This document shows, one piece after another, positions 55,783 through 64,000 of a stretch of 64,000 bases of DNA (position 1 is the stretch's first letter; each line of letters starts with the position of its first letter). The DNA is taken from assembly GCA_026936335.1 (NCBI GenBank), contig JAPMXV010000030.1, forward strand, positions 428,933-492,932. Reading direction: 5' to 3'. Under the pieces are notes generated by a model that was given only the letters and a program-made list of their open reading frames with translations, was not told the origin of the DNA and did no database searches. Origin of the DNA: Mantamonas sphyraenae STR306 (lineage: Eukaryota > Protista > CRuMs). The position numbers and the translations under genes are program-made.

Positions 55783-57191
55783 ATGGGATACAGTATCGCA
55801 GGAAGTATGGGCTTAAACGAAGAAGAGTGGGTGCAATTGTTGCAGAGCGGGGACCATGGGCGGATTGTGGAAGCTTTGGAGGCTCAGGGGACGGTGAGTT
55901 GGGGGAAAGAAATCGGGAGGGAGTTGGTGAGCGTGACGTTTGATCGTCGCACGAGAGGAGGGGGAGGAGGGATGGGTGTAGGGTGGGTGTGATGGTGTGT
56001 AGGAAGGTTGGGACGTGTGTTGACACGACACACATACAGGGATTGTACCTTCGTGCGGGGCTGCGTGGCAAAGGAGCAGCGGCACTTGCCGAGGCACTAG
56101 CTCAGAACAGCAGCTTGCAGACACTGATCCTCGACAGCAACAGCATCGAGGCAGAAGGAGCAGCGGCACTTGCCGAGGCACTGAATGAGAACAGCAGCTT
56201 GTTGAGACTGAGTCTCTGGGACAACAGCATCGGGGACAAAGGAGCAGTAGCACTGGCGCAGGCACTGAGTGCGAACAGCAGCTTGCAGACACTGTTCCTC
56301 GACAAGAACAGCATCTGGGCTGAAGGAGCAGCAGCACTGGCGCAGGCACTGGGTAGGAACAGCAGCTTGCAGAAACTGATCCTCCGAAACAATGGATTCG
56401 GGGACAAAGGAGCAGCAACGCTGGGGCAGGCATTGAGTGAGAATCGCAGCTTGCAAACACTGTACCTTGGCTACAACAGCATAGGCGCAGAAGGAGCAGC
56501 AGCACTGGCGCAGGCACTGGGTAGGAACAGCAGCTTGCAGAAACTGATCCTCCGAAACAATGGATTCGGGGACAAAGGAGCAGCAACGCTGGGGCAGGCA
56601 TTGAGTGAGAATAGCAGCTTGCAGACACTGGACCTCGATGCAAACAGCATCGGAGACGAAGGGGCAGCAGCACTGACGCTGGCCATGGAAGTCAATCGGT
56701 CGTGCTGGAAGATCGACGGCGTTCGCAATGAGGCTTTGCAGTCACTGTTGGAGAGAAACAAGGAGCGGCACGCGGAGTTTGTGGAGTGCGGGGACGTGGA
56801 GAAGATGAGAGAGTTGATGGAGTGGGGTGTGCCTGTGGACACGTTTGCAGGGGATGGAGGGAAGGAGACTGCGCTGGAGAGAGCAGTGAAGGGAGGGGAT
56901 GAGAGGATTGTGGAGGTGTTGCGGGCCTGGGGCGCGAAGCCGAGGATGGAAGCGGTGGAGATGGTGAGGAAGGAAGGGTGGAGGAAGGCGTGGCATTGGA
57001 TTGGGTGGGGTGGACAGGTGGATGAGGTGATGGAGGTGGTGTTGGTGATGAACGGGGAGGAGAGGGAGGCGATGTTTGCGTGTGGAGGGATGGAGGAGTA
57101 TGTGGAGGAGAGAGGGTGGGAAGGGTGGGTGACACTGCCGGATGAGGTGATGGAGAGGGTGATTGGGTGGGTGGGAAGGGGTGCGGAATGA
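55783..57191 (+). CDS. LRR + ankyrin protein with a C-terminal F-box-like motif (paralogue 2)
   Basis: Intron 55894-56039; 'NSSLQTLxLxxNSIGxxGAAALA' repeats; same tail 'WRKAWHW...LPDEVMERVIGWV'. Confidence 0.88.
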
Positions 57192-57197
57192 ATGGTT

Positions 57198-60100
57198 TCA
57201 TTCGAGGCGTTGGCGTTTGGAGGAGGAGGAGGAGGAGGAGGAGGAAGGGTCTTTGCGCTTGGGGAGGGTGAAGGAGGGGATGGGGTAGGCGTTGACGAGT
57301 GCGACGGTGGTGGGTCGGGTGGTGATGTGGGGTGTGATGCGGTCGATGAGGGTGTGCAGGAGGGTGTGTAGTGTGGCGTCGCTGGGTTGGGGGTTGTCAA
57401 GCCAGGCGATCTTGAGGGAGAGGGAAGTGACACCGCGGGTGAGGGTGTAGCTGATGGCCTGCTGCACCTGCTGGTAGGTGATGCGTGGCCTGAGGAGGCG
57501 GACAAAGAAGGCCAGGTCGACAGGCGGCACGGCAACGTTGCCCAGCGCCAGGATGATGTGTCGCACCAGGGACATCTTGCTGCCGTTGTTTATCAGCTCA
57601 CGCAGAGCATGGTGCTCGTGTGCGTGCTGATGGCGAGGGTGCTTGGCTGCGCGTGCCTTCATGTGTGCCAGCAGCGTCTGGAACTCCCGTGCCGTGCAGC
57701 TGCCACGCTCGTCGCTGGGACCGTTGGTCCAGCCACTGCGCACAGACTCGGAATGCCACTCTTCCACATTGGTGGTGGTAAGGTGATGGTCGTAGTCGCA
57801 TTGTGTCCAATGTGGGTCGCTGTCGTTGTCAGCAGGGCGTCGTGCTTTCTGCAGCCACAGCTGGGTCTCCTTGTGCTCCTTCCAGGTGCTGAGATGGGGC
57901 CTGTCGCCGAGAGTGTCCATCTCTGCCATGAGCAGGTGGAGGAGGGCGTAGTTGGGGTCGCCGTGGTCGTGTGGCTCCTTCAGCCAGCACACCTTCAACC
58001 CAGCCTTGGTCACACCGATGGCCAGACCAGCGTTCTTGATGATGGCACTGCACGCCAGTGGATCCATCTCACGGCCGAAAAGGATGAGGCAGAAGGCCAT
58101 GTCGCCCTGGGAGAGAGGAATGTTGCCCAGAGCGAGCTGAATCTGTCGGACCAGTGTGGCCATTGTGCCATGACAGACCACAACACGCGCCTGCAGGGAC
58201 ATGAGGTCGGAGATGTCTTCGGTGGGATGCTCGTTGGCCAGGGTGTGCATGTGGTTCAACAGGGTCGTGTGCTCCTCCCTGTTGCTGTGGCTGCGCTCGC
58301 TCTTGCGCCACTTTGTCCAGCCACTGCGCACAACACCATCTGGCAGTCCATCCTCCACGGCCATCTTCTCCTCCTCTGTTGGCTCGGGCAGAACAAGCTC
58401 GGTGATGCGTAGGGTGTTGACGAGTGCGGAGGTGGTGGGACGGGAGCCGATGTGGGGTGTGATGCGGTCGATGAGTGTGTGGAGGAGGGTGTGCAGTGTG
58501 GCGTCGCTGGGTTTGGGGTTGTCGACCCAGGCGATCTTGAGGGACAGGGAAGTGACGCCGCGGGTGAGGGTGTTGCTTATGGTACTGGCAACTAGTTGGT
58601 AGTTGAGTTGTGGCCTGAGGAGGCGAACAAAGAAGGCCAGGTCGACAGGCGGCACGCCAACGTTGCCCAGCGCCAGCATGATGTGTCGGAGCAGGGATAT
58701 CTTGCTGCCGTTGTTGATCAGCTCACGCAGTGCTTGGTGCTCGTGCGCGTGCTGATGGCGAGGGTGCTTGGCTGCGCGTGCCTTCATGTGTGCCATCAGC
58801 GTCTGGAACTCCCGCGCCGTGCAGCTGCCACGCTCGTCGTTGGGACTGTGCGCTGCCCAGCCACTGCGCACAGACTCGGGATGCCACTGGTACATCTTGA
58901 TGGTGGTGAGATGGTGGTCGTAGTCGCATTGTGTCCAGTGTGGGTCGCTGTCGTTGTCAGCAGGGTGTCGTGCTTTCTGCAGCCACAGCTGCGTCTGCTC
59001 ATGCTCCTTCCAGGTGGTGGGATGGGGCCTGTCACCGAGATTGTCCATCTCTGTGATGAGCAGGTGGAGGAGGGCGTAGTTGGGGTCGCCGTGGTCGTGT
59101 GGCTCCTCCAGCCAGCATACCTTCAAACAAGCCTTTGTCACACCCATGGCCAGACCAGCGTAGAGGATGGCATGGATGCAACTCTGTTGATCAACTTCAC
59201 GGCCGAGGAGGGTGAGGCAGAGGGCTATGTCGCCCTGGGAGAGGGGAATGTTGCCCAGAGCGAGCAGGATCTGTCGGACAAGCGTCAACAGGGTGCCATG
59301 GCAGACCACAACACGCGCCTGCAGTGTCATGAGCTCGGGGATGTCGTCAATGGGATGCTCGTTGGCCAGAGTGTGCATGTGCTTCAGCAGTTCCGTGTGT
59401 TCCTTCTTGTTGCTGCGGCTGCGCTCGTCACTGCGTCCCGCTGTCCACCCCTTGCGCACAACACCATCCGGCAACTTGTTCCTCTTGTCCACGCCTGCTT
59501 TCTTCCGTGCGCCGGTGTCTCCATTCTTAGCCATCCTTGCCCGTGTGCTCGACGTCCCTGTCTCGGTGCCACCGTCAGCCGTGACCCTGCGCTTGCGCTG
59601 TCCGCTGCCTTTCACCGTGTGTGAACCAGTGGGAAGGCTGGCTCTGCCTCTGCGGCGTTGTGCGCGGCCTCTAATTGTGCGTCTTGGCTGCCACTCGTCC
59701 CTGTCCACCTGCTCCATGTCGTCTGCGTCGTCGTCGCTGTCGTCTTGCAGCATGTAATCCTCATCCATGGCATCACCAGTGTCTGCCAAGCTGAATGAAC
59801 CCCCCGTTTCCAACTCGTCGTCCACGTGATGCTGGGTTGCGTCGTTGGCCTCGCCGTCTTCTTCGTACGCCTCCATCCCTGAGCTGGTCATCCACTCTGA
59901 GTTGCTGGAGATTGACCGTGGTTCACGGTGGCCGAAGTTCAAGAACATCAGGTCCTCCACGTCGCCGGTGTCATGTGTGTGTGTGTCCTGGTCTGCGTCG
60001 TCGTCGTCGCTGTCTCCAGTCTGCCGTGTGGCATGGTGGGAGGAGGATGACGATGTGGTGGTGGATGTGGTCCGTGTGATGCCGACAAAGGCAGGGCTGA

Positions 60101-60368
60101 TGCGTTTCGGGACGCGGTTGTGGTTTGTGGTGGGTTGAGCAGGCGGAGGGTGCAACGGAGTCTGAGCGAAGTGCATCTGGGCGGTTTGTCGCGGCTGAGG
60201 AGGCGGCGGAGGAGGGTAGGCGTAGTATGGGTGGCCCTGATGAGCATATGCGTTGTGCTGCTGGGGGTAGGAGTTGACAGGGACCCAGATGATGGGTGGT
60301 TGGGGGTGCTGGTACGGGTTTTGAACGCCAGAGGCGGGTAGCATGTTCGGAAACGGCTGGGCAGCCAT
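57198..60368 (-). CDS. Subtelomeric unknown protein (1056 aa): Pro/Gln-rich and acidic N-terminus plus four copies (A-B-A-B) of a novel ~150-aa domain
   Basis: Intronless ORF with clear internal repeats 'VRxGW...DER...LxRxIxLALGNxP...GVT...LKxxW...LLHxL'. Confidence 0.85.
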   Translation of the reverse strand: MAAQPFPNMLPASGVQNPYQHPQPPIIWVPVNSYPQQHNAYAHQGHPYYAYPPPPPPQPRQTAQMHFAQTPLHPPPAQPTTNHNRVPKRISPAFVGITRTTSTTTSSSSSHHATRQTGDSDDDDADQDTHTHDTGDVEDLMFLNFGHREPRSISSNSEWMTSSGMEAYEEDGEANDATQHHVDDELETGGSFSLADTGDAMDEDYMLQDDSDDDADDMEQVDRDEWQPRRTIRGRAQRRRGRASLPTGSHTVKGSGQRKRRVTADGGTETGTSSTRARMAKNGDTGARKKAGVDKRNKLPDGVVRKGWTAGRSDERSRSNKKEHTELLKHMHTLANEHPIDDIPELMTLQARVVVCHGTLLTLVRQILLALGNIPLSQGDIALCLTLLGREVDQQSCIHAILYAGLAMGVTKACLKVCWLEEPHDHGDPNYALLHLLITEMDNLGDRPHPTTWKEHEQTQLWLQKARHPADNDSDPHWTQCDYDHHLTTIKMYQWHPESVRSGWAAHSPNDERGSCTAREFQTLMAHMKARAAKHPRHQHAHEHQALRELINNGSKISLLRHIMLALGNVGVPPVDLAFFVRLLRPQLNYQLVASTISNTLTRGVTSLSLKIAWVDNPKPSDATLHTLLHTLIDRITPHIGSRPTTSALVNTLRITELVLPEPTEEEKMAVEDGLPDGVVRSGWTKWRKSERSHSNREEHTTLLNHMHTLANEHPTEDISDLMSLQARVVVCHGTMATLVRQIQLALGNIPLSQGDMAFCLILFGREMDPLACSAIIKNAGLAIGVTKAGLKVCWLKEPHDHGDPNYALLHLLMAEMDTLGDRPHLSTWKEHKETQLWLQKARRPADNDSDPHWTQCDYDHHLTTTNVEEWHSESVRSGWTNGPSDERGSCTAREFQTLLAHMKARAAKHPRHQHAHEHHALRELINNGSKMSLVRHIILALGNVAVPPVDLAFFVRLLRPRITYQQVQQAISYTLTRGVTSLSLKIAWLDNPQPSDATLHTLLHTLIDRITPHITTRPTTVALVNAYPIPSFTLPKRKDPSSSSSSSSSKRQRLE

Positions 60369-60864
60369 GGGAGTGACAATGTACCCGTAGCTGTGGGGAG
60401 ACGGGGAGGGGCATGGTGGGGAGGGACCGGTGAGCGGAAGGCGGAAGGGACGCCGTCAGGGCAGAAGCGGGGGTGAAGGGAGGCTGGAACGAGCAAAGAG
60501 GGAAAAACGGAGGAGATTGGCAGACCGGGAAACTGGCAACGGGGAGGGCAGTGACAGGGGAGAGGGGATCGGAAAAGAGCGGTGAAGGCAGCAACGGTGG
60601 TGATGGGGAAGTGGAGATGCAGGCGAGGAATGCAGCGAAGCGACGGAGGCATGGAGGGGGCAAGGAAGCGGGAGAAACGGGCAGTCAGAAAACGGAGTGG
60701 AAGGCAGAACGCACGCTGGGTAGGTGTTGGATGTGTGTTGTTGCTTCGGAGTACTTGAGTAGTCTTTGTCCATGGTGGTGGTGGTGGTACTGGAATGTAT
60801 GTGGATTGTGTTGGACAGGTGGAAGGTGTTGTGGGTGTTGCTGATATTTTGGTTGAAGGCGGAT

Positions 60865-61050
60865 GGGTGGGGTGCACAGGTGTACGAGGCTAAAGAGACG
60901 GGGTTGGTGATGAATGGGGAAGAGGGGGAGGCGATGTTTGGGTGTGGTGGGATGGAGGAGTATGTGGAGGAGAGAGTGTGGGAAAGGTGGGTGACACTGC
61001 CATATGAGGTGATGGAGAGGGTGGTTGGGTGGGTGGGGAGGGGAATGAGT
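60865..61050 (+). pseudogene. 3' fragment of the LRR-ankyrin gene carried along in the duplication
   Basis: 'GWGAQVYEAKETGLVMNGEEGEAMFGCGGMEEYVEER..WVTLPYEVMERVVGWVG' matches 57003-57190. Confidence 0.85.
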
Positions 61051-61078
61051 GAGGAGGGTGTGAGAATGAAAGGGTGGT

Positions 61079-63141
61079 TCATTCGAGGCGTTGGCGTTTG
61101 GAGGAGGAGGAGGAGGAGGAGGAGGAGAGGAGGAGGAGGAGGAGGAGGAGGGGTCTTTGCGCATGGGCAGGGTGAAGGAGGGGATGGGGTAGGCGTTGAC
61201 GAGAGCGGGAGTGGTTGGACGGGTGGTGATGTGGGGTGTGATGCGGTCGATGAGGGTGTGGAGGAGGGTGTGCAGTGTGGCGTCGCTGGGTTGGGGGTTG
61301 TCGAGCCAGGCGATCTTGAGGGAGAGGGAGGTGACACCACGGGTGAGGGTGCTCTTGATGGCAATTTGCACATGCTTGTAGGTGAGGCGTGGCCGGAGGA
61401 GGCGGACAAAGAAGGCCAGGTCGACAGGCGGCACGCCAACGTTGCCCAGCGCCAGGATGATGTGCCGCAGCAGGGACAGCATGCTGCCGTTGTTTATCAG
61501 CTCACGCAGAGCATGGTGCTCGTGTGCGTGCTGATGGCGAGGGTGCTTGGCTGCGCGTGCCTTCATGTGTGCCAGCAGCGTCTGGAACTCCCGCGCCGTG
61601 CAGCTACCACGCTCGTCGCTGGGACCGTTGGTCCAGCCACTGCGCACAGACTCGGAATGCCACTCTTCCACATTGGTGGTGGTAAGGTGATGGTCGTAGT
61701 CGCATTGTGTCCAATGCGGGTCGCTGTCGTTGTCAGCAGGGCGTCGTGCTTTCTGCAGCCACAACTGGGTCTCCTCGTGCTCCTTCCAGGTGGTGGGATG
61801 GGGCCTGTCGCCAAGAGTGTCCATCTCTGTCATGAGCAGGTGGAGGAGGGCGTAGTTGGGGTCGCCGTGGTCGTGTGGTTCCTCCAGCCAGCACACCTTC
61901 AACGCAGCCTTTGTCGCACCCGTGGCCAGGCCAGCGTTCTGGACGGCTTTGCTGCACGCCTGTTGATCCGATTCACGGCCGAGAAGGGTGAGGAAGAAGG
62001 CCATGTCCCCCTGGGAGAGGGGGATGTTGCCCACAGCGAGCTGAATCTGTCGGACAAGCGTGTTCAGGGTGCCATGGCAGACCACAACACGCGCCTGCAG
62101 TGTCATGAGCTCGGGGATGTTGTCGATGCGATGCTCGTTGGCCAGAGTGTGCATGTGCTTCAGCAGTGCCGTGTGCTCCTGGTTGTTGCTGCGGGTGCGC
62201 TCGTCACTGGGTCCCGCTGTCCACCCTTTGCGCACAACGCCATCTGGCAACTTGTTCGTCTTGTTCACGCTTGCTTTCTTCCGTGCGCCGTTGTCTCCGT
62301 TCTTGGCCCTCCTTGCCCGTGTGCTCGACGTTCCTGTCTCTGTGCCACTGCCAGCCGTGACCCTGAGCCTCCGCTGTCCGCTGCCTTTCATCATTTGTGA
62401 TCCAGTAAGACGACTGGCGTGGCCTCTGCGTCGTCTTTGGCCTCTACCTGTGCGTGTCGGCTGCCATTCGTCCCTGTCCACCTGCTCCATGTCGTCTGTG
62501 TCGTCGTCGCTGTCGTCTTGCGGCATGTACTCCTCATCCATGGCATCTCCAGTGTCTGAGAAGCTAAGTGTGCCCTGAGTTTCCGACTCGTCGTCCACCT
62601 GCTGCTGGTCTGCGTGGTTTGCCTCTCCGTCTTCATCGTACGCCTCCATCCCTGAGCTGGTCATCCACTGTGAGTTGCTGGAGATTGACCGTGGTTCACG
62701 GTGGCCAAAGTTCAGTACCATCAGGTCCTCCACGTCACCGGTGTCATGTGTGTGTGTGTCCTGGTCTGCGTCGTCGTCGTCGCTGTCTCCAGTCTGCTGT
62801 GTGGCCTGGTGGGAGGAGAACGACGATGTGGTGGTGGATGTGGTCCGTGTGATGCCAACAAAGGCAGGGCTGACGCGTTTGGAGACGCGGTTGTGGTTTG
62901 TGGTGGGTTGAGCAGGCGGAGGGTGCAACGGAGTCTGAGCGAAGTGCATCTGGGCAGTTTGTCGCGGCTGTGGAGGCGGCGGAGGAGGGTAGGCGTAGTG
63001 TGGGTGGCCCTGATGTGCATACGCGTGGTGTTGCTGAGAGTAGGTGTTGACAGGGACCCAGATGATGGGTGGTTGTGGTTGCTGGTACGGGTTTTGAACG
63101 CCAGAGGCGGGCAGCATGTTCGGAAATGGCTGGGCAGCCAT
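61079..63141 (-). CDS. Paralogue of 57198-60368 with one A-B unit; 1-nt frame break in the (GGA)n tract at ~61128
   Basis: Near-identical N-terminus 'MAAQPFPNMLPASGVQNPYQ'; same 'KRQRLE*' ending once the indel is corrected. Confidence 0.85.
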
Positions 63142-63820
63142 GGGAGGGACCATGTAACCGTAGCTGTGTGGTGAGACAGGGACGGTGGCAATGCGGGGTG
63201 GAGACGGTGAGCGGAAGGTGGAATGGACGCCGTCAGGGCAGAAGCGGGGGTGAAGGGAGGCTGGAACGAGCAGAGAGGGAAAAACGGAGGAGATTGGCAG
63301 ACCGGGAAACTGGCAACGGGGAGGGCAGTGACAGGGGAGAGGGGATCGGAAAAGAGCGGTGAAGGCAGCAACGGTGGTGATGGGGAAGTGGAGATGCAGG
63401 CGAGGAATGCAGCGAAGCGACGGAGGCATGGAGGGGGCAAGGAAGCGGGAGAAACGGGCAGTCAGAAAACGGAGTGGAAGGCAGAACGCACGCTGGGTAG
63501 GTGTTGGGAGTGTGTTGTTGCTTCGGAGTGCTTGAGTAGTCTTTGTCCATGGTGATGGTGGTACTGGAGTGTATGTGGAATGTGTTGAACTGGTGGAGGG
63601 AGCTGTGGGTGTTGGTGATGTTTTGGTTGAAGGCGGATGGGCAGAGCTGACTGCGCGACGTTGCAGGACGACGGCCACTCACCAGCAACATTTCCACTCC
63701 CACCCGTTGCCCACTGCCCCATGTCATTACCCAACTCAGCCACACCGCCAGCAAACTCAAGCACAACTCACATGACATGGACAGGACTCACATACTACAG
63801 GGCAAAGTTAACACAAGAGA

Positions 63821-64000
63821 TAGGGTTAGGGTTAGGGTTAGGGTTAGGGTTAGGGTTAGGGTTAGGGTTAGGGTTAGGGTTAGGGTTAGGGTTAGGGTTA
63901 GGGTTAGGGTTAGGGTTAGGGTTAGGGTTAGGGTTAGGGTTAGGGTTAGGGTTAGGGTTAGGGTTAGGGTTAGGGTTAGGGTTAGGGTTAGGTTAGGGTT
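63821..64000 (+). repeat. Telomere (TTAGGG)n
   Basis: About 30 repeats running to the window end, with one TTAGG variant near 63990. Confidence 0.99.

Larger units (their letters stand above)
57000..63640. repeat. Subtelomeric tandem segmental duplication (~57000-60865 and ~60865-63640)
   Basis: Gene, upstream region (60430-60865 vs 63205-63640) and LRR tail are all duplicated. Confidence 0.9.

Noticed and set aside
57198-63640. Telomeric retrotransposon (TART/SART-like) or DNA transposon
   Set aside because: No RT, endonuclease, gag zinc knuckle, transposase motif, poly(A) tail or terminal repeats seen.
63637-63996. (GL)n ORF
   Set aside because: Translation of the telomeric repeat.

Overview
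Terminal 64 kb of a chromosome arm from a compact, gene-dense eukaryote with short GT-AG introns, ending in a (TTAGGG)n telomere at 63821-64000. IFT27 and MORN3 indicate a flagellated protist; I cannot name the species. The inner ~34 kb is mostly housekeeping genes: RhoGDI, QCR8, a LysC-LysA fusion, IFT27, SAC3/LENG8, GNPTAB, MORN3, Rxt3, FAM210, PAP2, RING-TRAF, ZFAND2, PH-RhoGAP-SH3 and DNAJC2. The outer ~30 kb is accessory/subtelomeric: a bacterial-type fatty-acid modification gene pair, a GNAT, two atypical initiator-like tRNA-Met copies, a divergent actin, two LRR-ankyrin paralogues, a ZNFX1-like helicase fused to a PARP domain, and a tandemly duplicated gene family built from a novel ~150-aa repeat. 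The top finding is the ORF-free gap at ~23150-23930 (+), which by eye folds into a complete telomerase RNA: a TAACCCTAA template matching this chromosome's telomere, a boundary hairpin, a U-rich/A-rich pseudoknot, an enclosing P1 helix, and a CR4/5-like junction with a P6.1 hairpin. About eight 1-nt frame breaks in short homopolymers are probably assembly errors. All homology calls are from recalled motifs; no searches were run.
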